A DNA stretch of 64,000 nucleotides from Cercozoa sp. M6MM (taxonomy: Eukaryota > Protista > Endomyxa: Ascetosporea), in NCBI GenBank assembly GCA_040357565.1, contig JBDODJ010000003.1, one strand, 5' to 3'. Positions 49,823 through 61,800 of the stretch are shown piece after piece; within the stretch, counting starts at the first letter, position 1, and each line of letters opens with the position of its first letter. Under the pieces are notes generated by a model. The model ran no database searches. It saw only the letters and a program-made list of their open reading frames with translations, and was not told the DNA's origin. A program made the position numbers and the translations under genes.

Positions 49823-51610
49823 ATGAAGCAAGTTGCCGTCAACGTAGACTCTTGCTCGATATCCAGCGATAGCATGCCGGAAGAGGAAGTCCTTTGGGTG
49901 GATGTTGTGTCGAAAAACCGGACTTTGCCGCAACTGCAGATCAAGCCAAATGCGAGCCCAACCTGTCAGATTGAACGCTACGCTCGCGAACATCAACTAT
50001 CGCAAAAACAGATCCTTAAACTCAGCTCGAGTGTCGCATCAGCCTTGCAAAAGCGGAACGCAGAGAAGGCGATTCAAACAAGTCGTTTCAAACGCTGGGT
50101 GAAGAAGTTCTCGAGGCATCGGCGAGCAGAATCCGGGCCAAAGCTCGGCATTGTGGATGAACTTGAGGTGAGAAGAATGGCATCTTTGAAGCGATTAAGC
50201 GCATCTGACGCAAGCAACAGTCACAAGAGGACACGTCCAGAAGGAGGGAATTTGGCAGTCAGTTCGGAGTGGAAAGACGCTCCTGTTGGTGAAAGCGATG
50301 AGTCGACCAACTTTGGTGCCGAACGAAGCTGCGATCTAAGATCTCAATCGAGTGTTCTCAAGTCGGATAACGAAAACTTGAGTCGAATACTGCGGCAGCT
50401 GAAAGAAGTGCAAGTCTCGATTTCGCGCCTTGAGGCACGCACCGAGTTTCAGCAGCCGCACAAGAGCGAAAAAAGGAAGGAGGCAAAGATACAAACCGAC
50501 ACGGTGCATTTTTTGGAGGAAATCGCTCGGTGCGAAAAGATACAAGCAGAGCTCGACGGGAAGGTAGACATGCCGATAGCTCAGAGCCTGAGTGAAGAGA
50601 GCGGAGACGATGCGATTCGGACTTCCGAGTTAAAGAGGCAAGGTGGTGAGTCGCCACTTCTTGTCGAAAAGAAGAGCACCGGAAACGAACGAAACCAAAA
50701 GCGAGAACGTTGGGCTTCTCGGCCTTCACTCGAGGAATGTCAAGCACAGATCGTGTTCCACGAGGCAGATGCAGTCACGTCGTACGAAAGGTAAATGACA
50801 CCCTGCCCGGATAGATGTTGAGCAGAACTGAAATCAACACTATTTCATTGTTGTGTATGGTAGGTTGTTCTACGATGCAGAAGTAACTAAAAACCTAATA
50901 CATCTCAAAATCCCACCAAGTCTGTGTCATTTTGATTTCGTGTAGCTGCGGGAGCGAAAACAAAAATCCAGGAGGAAGGAACAGCAAGTGCGAGAGAGGA
51001 AAGAGACAGCCGCGAGAACGCACCGGTGGGTGAGTCCGATGAGCAGAAAGTACATCAAGATGATTGAAAGACTGCAAGGCAAGTCCAAGGTGCAAGCGCG
51101 CGACGCTTTCACCAGCGTAAGTCATACACAACATTTTAAAGTTCATTTACCTCACCGGACGAGATGCGCAGCTACACAAGGACTGGAAAAGAAGGCAGAG
51201 AGTCATTCTCCACAAAAAACAGATTCAAGACGAACAAAGGTTGCAAGCAGAGTTACAATCTATTGGCAGTCCTGTCATCACCGAGTACGCAAAGACACTT
51301 CGCAAAAGTGAGCCGCACATCCGAGACCCACTTGGTAAAAGTCTCTTCAAACCTTGACATGCTTAAACATTCATCCGTTTGGCTTCGACAGGATTCAGAA
51401 AACAGCGAGCTCGACAAAATTCGTTGTTGGAGCATGAGCGTCGACTCAAAGAGCAGTGTCCATTTAGCCCGGTCATCAACCGTCAGTCCGCTCACCTTGC
51501 GCAAAGGCAGCACGCCCGCCTGTGCGAAGCGATCCAAGCATTTAAAAGCCAGACGCAGCAACGAAGTGACAACAAACGTCAACGGTAGTCCTCGCTTCTC
51601 TTCGTTGACT
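49823..51610 (+). CDS. Hypothetical coiled-coil protein with a CPFSPVIN motif; spliced, 3' end uncertain
   Basis: 324-codon first exon ORF, further GT-AG-bounded exons and LKEQCPFSPVIN resembling the ECTFxPxIN motif of protist cytoskeletal proteins. Confidence 0.6.
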
Positions 51611-52004
51611 CGACTCCGGAAGTGTGCAAGAAGCGGGGGCAACAGCCAGTCGGGTAACGGTAGTAGCTAGTTTCAACAGTTCGTCAGTCGCTCATCAGTG
51701 CCAATGAACTTGGGTCCGGGACGACCTACAGGCAACAGGTCTGCGTCGTGTAAAATAAAACGTTATCAAAAATTCGGCTAGCTATTTGTGCAGTACCTAG
51801 TCCGCTAATGTCCCGTACCGCTTTCCTAAGTTTCCTTGACGAACCTAACTATTTGCCCTTGGGTGTCTGGTGTGTTTAGGTAGTTACTTACTGTCGTGTC
51901 GTGTACCCGTACCCTGGGATGTTTGTTACTGTTGGGACGATAGGGATTTTCGGGATTTCCCCATCGAGTTAGTACGCACGTTACGTTACCGTACCGTACG
52001 TTAG

Positions 52005-52375
52005 TCATCCGACGTGCTGATGCGGGGCCGTACGTGAGACGGCGCGAACCGTGCGCAGGTGGCTACCGAGGAGCTTAGTACGCCGGAAAAAGGAGAAGCC
52101 GGAACCGCCTCCTACTTGCACTGCAAGAGCGAATGTACTCTTGTACGAGGAAGGGTAGGACACGAGGGCAAGAGGTTGGTACCACGTCGCTTCGGCGCTG
52201 GCCGACGGAAGCCTTCGCTGTCCTTGCTGCGTGTGGCGTTACTGTTGTTGTTTTCATTGTTGTTGTCGGCAGTGTCAAAGAGAGGAATTCGAGTCGAGAG
52301 TCGTCGTCGTCGCTGGACGCTGTTGGCCAATCGGTGCACGTCTGGCTCTGCGGGGGGGGGGGGGGTATTTGTTGT

Positions 52376-52427
<52 letters not shown>

Positions 52428-55400
52428 ATGGTAACTAGACAGAGGAAGTGTACCGACAGGTCGAGGGAGTTTTCGTGCCACGACGGTTTTCGTTGCCTCG
52501 GGTGGCACAGGCACCGGCACGCTCTCGAGCGGCGGCGGACCTTCGCTCGCTGTGTCGGTACTGGCACGTGGTCTATGAGAGGCCGCTCCGGTATCAGCGA
52601 CGGGGTCACGCAAGGTGCCGCCACTTGCAGTGGCCACGTGTGCAGTGAGTGATCGCTGTCGCACCGTGTCCACCGTGCTGATGCGAAAGTGGCGCTGCCG
52701 GTGTCGGAACAGCGAGGACGGCACGATCGACCGCTGCGTCGCTGGCCGAGTGGCGGTGTTTGGCACCGACATCGAGCGTGCCTGGGTCACTGACGGTGCG
52801 GTCAGCGCGGACGGTGCAGTCACTGAGGGTGCAGTCACTGAGGGTGCAGTCACTGACTGAGCTGGCGCACGTGCGACGGTTCTTCTGTTTCTGTTGCGTT
52901 GCGACGCTTGCGGCTGCTTGAAAGGTCGACGTGCGCTGACGCTTGACGGTGCCGCCACTGACGGTGTCACACGACGGCGTTTCGCCAAGGGTTCTACACT
53001 CGCCAAACCGTCAGTGACCGCAGTGATCACGCACGTGCCCACTGGACGAAAAAGTACCGGCGTAGGAACGACGCACGCGTCGTCGTGAGACGAAACTCGG
53101 TGCATGCGGCACCGTCACACTCGCCGCCGATCGGCGTCGCGTCGCTGTCCGCGCGGACGCTGTCCTCGTCGAGACTGTCCGCACCGTGGCTGTCCGCGCG
53201 GACGCCGTGGTGATTGAGGCGACGGAGTGCAGGACCGTCTGACGTCGCGCGCGTTTGGCGCGATTCGCATGTCGCAGCGACAGCGTCGTCACTCGCGGCA
53301 GTTTCGGTTCGTGGCGGCGTTTCTCGACAGTGTTGTTTTGGCGGTTGTTGTTTTTCTGGAAGTTGTTGTTTTTCTGGTAGTTGTTGTTATGGAAGTTGCT
53401 ATTGCTGCGTAACGGACTGTCGTGTTCGATCACGTGTGGGTCGACTTTGATGTCGCGCTGTGCCACACCCAGAGTCGTCGCTCTGACGCGACTCGCGAAC
53501 TTGAGCGAGCACAGCGTTTCGTTTCTACAGGGAGGAGGTATGTGAAGGAGGTAAAGGGGTGTGTGTGTGCGTGTGTGGGGGTAAGTTAAGGAGGTAAAGG
53601 TGCGGGGGGGGGGGCAATACAAGTCCGTTTCGTCGGGCGAGATCTGGCAGAACATGAGTGTCTTGGCCGTGCCACCCAGCGAATCACTCAGCAGCGCCGT
53701 CAGTCGACTGTTGCGAAAGGGCACATGTGCCTGCCGACGCTGAAGTGCAGAAACAACATCACCTAGTGCCGACAGTGACTACACAGGGAAGCAACAGTAA
53801 CAGGGAGGGGTGGCATAGGATATGGTAAGGTGAGAAACGAACCTTGTTGATGTGCTGTGCCTCACGCAAGGAGGCGCCTTTGACGTTGCTGCGCGAGACG
53901 CGTTCGCTGCCTGCGAGATCGATGAGTACCAGGCGACCTTTCCTCGTCTCCTCAGCTGCAATCCAGGCGTCCATATGTGTGTGTGTGCGTGTGTGTGTAT
54001 GCAATGTACAAGTGCAAAAGTACATGTGTGAACGGTGAGGTCGACAAAGACGAGGAGATGCGAGCGCGAGGAGTGTGCGTTGAGCGAGGTGTCACCGGTG
54101 GAACGACGCGGGTACACTCGCCGCTCGAGCAGTCGCTGCACCTGCGCATGCGACGACACTGCCACACGGCAGAGGTTCGGCACACTCACGCTGCCGTCCG
54201 ACGCGATGCGCACCTCACGCGACAACGGGTCGCTCTGACTGTACTGACTGTGCCCACTGGCACAACTGCCAGTGTCGTCCTCAGTTTCGACCTAAGCAAA
54301 GTATGCATGGAGCATTGGTCAAGAAGCAAACAGGGATACCAACAGGTCGCGTACGCAGTCGTTGTAGATCTCGACCACGCTGAGGTGCACCTGCGACCGC
54401 GCGTACTGGGCCAGCCCAGCGAAGAGTGCTGACAGGGCGCGTCCGTTGACACCGCGATTGTCGGGTCCTTGCATCGTGTAGGTCTTGCCGCTGCCGGTCT
54501 GTCCGTAGGCAAAGATGCACACCTTGTAGCCATCCAGACACGACGTGACCAGTGGTGCCACCTCTTGGTACACCTGCTGCTGCGTGGCCTCTGCACATAC
54601 ACAAGTCTGCACATGTGAGACACCAGCAACCACATGCAGTAGCCAAAAGACACCTGGACCAAACACACAGTCGAATTGGAAGGAATGCCGGCCGCACGAA
54701 ACTGATTTCGGCGTGATTTTCTGCACGACGCTGTCGCCTCCACCAATATCTTCGTGCAGTGTGGGCGACTCAAAGTTCGATATGCTTCGACTGAGGGTAC
54801 AAGTATGTATGCATGGAGTATAAACGTAAAAGGAAGAGGTAAAGGTACCGCAAAGGACGCACGCGACAAAAGACGCGAATGTTACCGCGGGCAGTCATCA
54901 GTTCTTCGTGCAGCTTGCGTCGCTCGGTCTCGCTGGCCTCGAGTCGCTTTCGCAGGTCACTCTGCCTGCTCTCGATTGCTTTCGTCCAAAGCTAGGTGAA
55001 TACACACACAATGACAGCAACCGAACTCAGTCCAGCAGACGCGAAAGTACCTGCGCTTTTGGCGCGGCCGACTGAAGCACAGCTGCCACGCACTTGAGTT
55101 CGCCCAGCACGGCAGCTCTGTGTGACTCGAACTGCTCGCGCGTCTGTCGCAGCAACTGATGGAACTCGGCAAAGCGTTCGCACTGTTCGGAACGTGCGGA
55201 AGCATGGACTGCCAATCGCTTCGTTTCCTTGCTCAAACGCTTCTTCTCCTGGACAACGCTTGCACCGAAATCACAAATTCAAACTCTCAAAAGCAACTAA
55301 CGCTACCTGAGCAAGTGTGCCGCATTTCAGACGAAGCTTGTCGCATTTTTCACGCATTTCGGCCATCTCACGCTGCGTTCGACTCTGCGAAACAAGTTCG

Positions 55401-55557
55401 TATCAGTGTATGAGGCATACAAGGCACATACCAAATCACGATTCAACGCGAAGTTGCGCTCCGTCAGCATCGAGTTCACGAGGCGAAGCTGCGAACCAAA
55501 GCCACCTTCTTCGGTAGGATGGGCATTATGTGCATCCTCAGACGGCTTGTCCTGCAT
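52005..55557 (-). CDS. Kinesin-14 (KIFC3-like) with long low-complexity C-terminal tail; spliced
   Basis: Neck [57 protein letters not shown]|SLSALGD and [10 protein letters not shown]; both ends approximate. Confidence 0.92.
52377..52426. repeat. (TG)n microsatellite in a kinesin intron
   Basis: About 24 uninterrupted TG units next to a G run. Confidence 0.95.
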
Positions 55558-55851
55558 CGAGGCCTGTTCAACACGAAACAACACCAGTAAACCACTCAAA
55601 ACACGTGCTGTTCACTGCTTTGCATCGCACCTCGAAACAGGATTTCAAAAGCCAACGACGCCGTTCTGACTTTGGTGGTTCCTAGACTTGATCGAACATG
55701 CGCACTCGCGACACACACCGAAGGCGCCGATCGAGCTAAGTTTTGACTGCAGTGCCAATCGGCTCAGCTAATAGACGAGCCGATACAGAGTCGGTTTCGC
55801 TGACCAGAAAGCAAGATTCTACGGGCGCAGGCGTGTGCTAATGCTCAGGTG

Positions 55852-58800
55852 ATGGCCTTTGTGCTCCAGCGTTCCTTAGGATCGCTGCTGCAGCGATATC
55901 TGGCGCGTCTGTGTGAGAACGACATTGGTGAATCACTGCGACTCTCGCTGTGGAACGGTATCGGCCGGTTTTTGATCGCTTTAACTTCAACACTGCTGTG
56001 TCACTGGTGTGTGCTTTCTTTCTAGGTGAAGCGACCTTGCGAAATGTGCTGCTTCGACGAGACACGATCGCCGCTTTAATTGGCAAGGCACTTCGCAAGG
56101 AGGTACTTAAGTTAGACAGAACAAACACGTTTCGTTGCTCGAGGAATGAGAAGGCAGAACTTAGTACTTTTGGCTCTTCTGTGCAGCTTCGAGTGGAGAC
56201 AGCGAAAGTAAGCAAACTGCACGTTGTGCTGCCGTGGACGGCGCTGACTTCGCAGAGTGCTCGACTCGAGTTGCACGATGTCGTGCTGCACTGCAAGACC
56301 AAAGGTGCTTCCTCTTTGAGAGCTTTGTTCTCTTCCTGTTGTTTTTGTGGTGTCTATTTGACTGTCCTCACTCTTTGTTTGCCCCATAGAACCTCAAGAT
56401 GGCGGCCTGGACACCTCGGACTATTTGCACAAGGTGCACACATCGAGTGGTAACTGGGGGGGGGGGGGGGCGGGGCGGTCTGTGTCGTATGTTGCTCACC
56501 TCTGTCGCAGAGGAGGAGCAGTCGTCGTCGATGCTGCCGCGTCAGTTGTTGCGCAAGATCGCGGCGAACCTACAGGTGCGACTGTACAACGTGCGCGTCA
56601 AAGTGAACGCGCTGCAGTTCCGCATCGACGAGTGCAGTCTCTCGCCGGCCTCGGACACGTCGTTCGCACCGTCATTCTGCGTGCCCGAAGGACCGTTCGA
56701 ACTGGCACGCCGAGTGATTGATCTGCGCGGCGTTTCTCTCAAGATCAACGGCGACACCGTCGTGCGCAAGTTCGACACGCAGCTGCGTCTGCAGTCGCAT
56801 TTGACTGACGAGGCTTCCTCGGCCCAGGTATCTATTGCCCGCCCACCACCCCCCCCCCCCAGTCACCCCCTTTGCCCCCCCCCCTTTGCCCCCCCCCCTT
56901 TCGCCCCCCACCCCTTTGCCTCCACCTTTGCCTCCACCCCCTTAACCCCTACCTTAGGGCGAAGTGTACCCGTTGCAATCGCTGCTGCACGCTGTGGTGC
57001 CGCACTTGGAGTTGCACGTGTCACTGGCACATGTGCGAACCGTCTTGTCACTGCTGCACTCGCTGAAACCGGCAACTAGGCCACCTGTTGATGACGGTGA
57101 TGTCCTTGATTCCACCAGTGGCACTGAGCAAGATCGCACGTGGTTCAGTGTGTTTGGTACTTTGTATACATATATATATATATAAATATATACATATGTA
57201 TATGTATACACGTGTGTGTGTATTTGTGCTGCACGGTAGACCAACTGATCGCACAGGACCTGAAACCGTCGCGCAGTGAGAGACGAAAGGCACCGTCGGA
57301 GTGGCCACGTGTCACGCACGTTTCAGTGCCGAGTGTCACCGTTTCTCTGGTCGGTGCCGGCGGTGACACCGTGCTGCGCGTGTCGGCCGAGTCGCTGCGC
57401 GTGCTGACACGTGACTCGCGACTGAGTCGTTTCTCACTAGGTCACCTGCACGTGCTCGAGGTGACCAACGCCAGTCGGCACGTGCCACTGCTGTCGCTGC
57501 AGCCATCGGTGCAACTGATGCGTCGACACGTGCATGTCGTTGATGACTCGACTGACACTGGCACTGACACTCCTGACACTACTGACACTGACACTGACAT
57601 TGACACTGAGAAGACAGAGATCAAAATGACCACAGCGCCGGCACCGTCACTGTTTCCGGTTCAGTCGGTTCCAGTGCCAGTGGCAGTGACGGTGACACGT
57701 GCGCGCGACTCGTCGCTCACCGTGATTGCCGTGGCGGCACTGGGCGCCGTGCTGCCCGTGGCGGCGCAGTCGCGCTCGCAGTGGCTCGAGTTGGCACGTG
57801 AGTGGTCACTCCAACTGCGTTCCGCCAGTCAGCCACGTGGCACGGTCGCTGTGACCACTGGTGACTCGAGTGACCACACTGAGAGACGGCAACTACAGAT
57901 CACTGTCGCACATGCCGATGTCGCCGCTCATGTCGTCGACTATGACAGTGTAGGTTACCTATCCCCCCATCCTTCCCTATACCCTCCCTGGTGTAGTTCG
58001 AGTACGACGACGGTTACTCGGGCAAAGGGACGGTGTCACTGTCGGTGCGCCGACTGCAGCTGCGACATCAGCGACTGGAGCAGCAGCGACTGCTGAAACT
58101 GCGATGTCACGTGGCCACCGTCAGCAACCCGCCAGTGCAACTGAGTGCTTCGACTGAGGACTCACCGTTGCACGTGTGGCAAGGTACTTTTGCTTCATGT
58201 ATCTAGATCTATCCATCTATTTATCTATCTATATTTATAGTATATATATATATATATATGTATATATAGATATATATGCATATACTTATGTATCTCCTTG
58301 TAAATATAGATGTGTATGTATGCGTATGGCGTGTCTAGTGGTACGACGACCACCCACGCGGCGTCGACGGTCGTCGCTCCAGTTGGCACGTGCGCCGGAT
58401 CACTGGTGCCGTGTGACTGACCTGATGGTGTCACACTTCTCCCAGTCACCGTCCTTCAACACTGCGCACTCGCCTCGCTCACCTCGCTCGCCCCGACCGG
58501 TCAGTTGCTGTCTCGTTGCCTGTTTCTGTATTTCTCTGAAACCCACGGTATAGACTAGTGACCGATCGAGAGGCTACTCGGGTGACCACTCGAGTGACAG
58601 CACAAGCGATCACTCGGTGCACAAGTGGCAGTTGCAACTGGCGTCGGCGCAACTCACGCTGGCACCGGCTGTTGCGTACCTTACCCCTTCCTTTTAGTCC
58701 CCTCTTACCCCCTCTTTACTCCCCTTGTTACTCCCTTGTTACCCCCTCTTTTACCTCTTTCTTTCTTCCATTTACTTCCACCCCGTTTACCCCCCCCCCC

Positions 58801-61800
58801 CTGCAGGCATGTGTCTGTCGTGTGTGCCGCCGCCTTTGGCTGCCACGAGGTACTGCCACTGCGAGTGGTGCCAGTGGCACCGTCACTCGGGTCGCTGCCT
58901 CCGTGTGCACGTGCGGGTGACCACGTGACTGTCGGTGTGGGCGCACTGGCCGTCAAGTGGCACGTGGCACGTGCCTTGGACTACGACTCGAAGGACATGC
59001 TGCTGTCACGCGCGTTGCACTGCGACGGTGTGCTGCGACAACTGCAGGTGCACGCGCACGTGCGACGGCTGCTGCACGTGCCACACTGCCGAGTGTCGGC
59101 GTGCCTGGGTCACACCGTCTCGATCGACCCGTCACTGAAGCCACGTGTCTCACTGACGGTTAAGCAGCCGATCCAAGTGGCTCTGGACGCGCACTCGTTG
59201 CTCGGTGTGGCACGTGTCACCTCGCACGTGCGCATTTTGGCACGTGCACTGACGCGCGCACTGTCACGTGCTCAGTCAGGCTCGGCCGAGTTGGCACGTG
59301 GCAGCGCCACTGGGTCCGCTCGGAGTGATTCGACTCGGAGTGACGACAGCCTGCCCTGGCAGCGCGCAGTGTGGCACTCCAGCGTGGCCGTGTCGCTGCC
59401 GGTGACGCACGTGACACTGGTCCAGTGCAACGACGGTTCGAACACGTGCACGTGGTCACTGCCCACCGTCAGTGTAGCCAGTGATCAGGAGTCGCCCGAG
59501 CTGCGCGTGACAACGAGCGGCGACGCGCTCGAGTGCGACGTCACCGTGGCTACGGTGCCGCACAAGCTGATCCTCAAGGGAACCGTCGCACGTGGCGCAC
59601 TCACCGTCACCCACGCTGCTGTGGTCGCTCTGACCGAGTTGATGTCGGTGCTGCCACGTGCCAGCCGGCCTGCCGACTCCGCCGCCTCGGACGGACCTCG
59701 GCTGCGTGTCATCACTGATGTGACGGTGCGACGGTTTCAGGTGACACTGGAGCCTCCACTGGAGTCACGTGGCGGCCTGTCAGGTGAGTACACTCTGAGA
59801 GTACCAACGTGCACACTGATACCCTTGATCTTCCCGTAGAAGGCGAGCCCGGCAGAGTGAGCATCGAGAGTACGGACACGACGATCACGAGAGACTCCTT
59901 GCGTCGACTCTCCAGTGTGCGACTCGGCTCACTGACGGTGCAGCACGTGCGCACTGACGGTGAGGCGACCGTGACGCCCGTGTTGGCAACGGCACTGACG
60001 GTGTGGTCACTCGACTCGTCTGGCACGGCGTCGCTGCAGTGCGCGCGGCCTCTGCGCGTGTGCGTCTGGCCGTCGCTGCTGACGTCGCTGGTGCGACTGC
60101 TGCGTCCGCTGGGACGTCGCGCCAGTGACCACGTGTCCACTGACCACGTGCCCAGTGAGCGACGGTTTCTCGAAGTGTCACTGGGCGAGGTGAGCATCGT
60201 GGCACGTGCCAGGCCACAGCACACCGACAGTGTGGTCTCGCTGCACTGGCGACGACTCGCGCACAGTCGCGGACGCTTGCTGCTGCAGCAGTGCCAGCTG
60301 CGAATCAACGATCAACCGTGTTTCGAGTCGTCTGTGACACTCGCACTCGCTCGCGACGGTTCCGAAACCGTCATGGACCGGGTCGTCGTGCGAGCCACAT
60401 TGACACAACTGACGACCTTGCTGGCACTGACACATGATTTGACACGTGACTTGGCACGTGCACGTGGCCACGTGACGCACCGTCGCACTCACACCGACAC
60501 CGTCGCTGTCACTGAGAGCGAGACGGAGAAGTGGACGGTGTGCGTGCCAGGTGTCTCACTGCACCTCGATCAGTGGCACCTGCAGCTGCGCCACGTGACA
60601 GTGTCTCCGTCGCACACGTGCCTTCAGTCGGCAGTGGCCACGTGCGATCAGGTGACGGTGCTGCGACTAGGCGTTGCTGATCTCGAGTCTGCCACACCGC
60701 CTCTGGGTGACACATCGTCCGGCGAGTCACGCGAGTTGCTCACACTCACCAGTGAGGCACCGGCACTCACCGTCAGTGCCACTGATCGCCGGATCAACGC
60801 CACCGTACTGCACGTGGCTCTCACACCGCACGTGCTGTCGCAGTTGCGTCGCACCGTCCGCGCACTTCGCTTCGATCGCCAAAGCGACGTCGCTTCGGCC
60901 AAAGCGAGCGAATCGAACCGCGAACGAAACTGGACGGTTTCTGTCGACGAATTGTCGTGCCACTTGGGCCGATCCGAGGTATTTCATGTCGATTTCATTC
61001 TTTCTGTGCTGCGGCAGTAGTGAACTTTCGCAGGAAGTCAGGATAGCTTTGGCGAATTTCGAAATCGAAGTTGCTTCGAAAGCGATGCGACTCGAGTGCG
61101 CTTCGGCAAAGCTTTCGCAGACGAGTGAGTTGCTTTCGCTCGAGCGAGTCGTTCTCTCCGAGGATCGACGCGACTTGAGCGAACGTGTGATCACAGCGAC
61201 GTGCGACACTGCTTCGTGCGACGCAGTGACGCTCAAACAGCGATGGCTCGGCATTCGCAACTGTTTAAACAACCCTGATGAGAGGTACTTTCGCTTTTCA
61301 CTTTACCATCGCTTTACTTTCGCATCTCTATGTGCTTTTGCTTCAGCGAAAGTGCTTCCGCTGAAAGCGTTGCGAAAAGCGACGAAAGCAGGTCGAAATC
61401 GCAGGACGAATGCACTCAGGATGATCTGATGGGTCATCAGGCGCACGTGCTCTCTGTCACTCGCTCTGCCTCTGGTATCCAGTGGCACTACAGTCACCCA
61501 CGTGCTGTGACACGCTGCGATGCACCGCACGCTGCTCGTCTCTTTGTTTTCGATGAACACAGCGATCGCTGGCGACGCTTCAATCACGCGCGACGTCACA
61601 TCTACGCGAAGCGCTTTCGACTCGAAGTGCTTCGCGAAGCAATTTCAAAGCACGGCGAAATTACTTCGAAACAGAGCGAAATCACTTTGAAACAAAGCGA
61701 AACCACTTCAAAACAAAGCGAAACCACTTCAAAGCAAAGCGGAATTACTTCGAAACAAAGCGAAATTACTTCAAGGCAAAGCGATATCATTTTGAAACAA

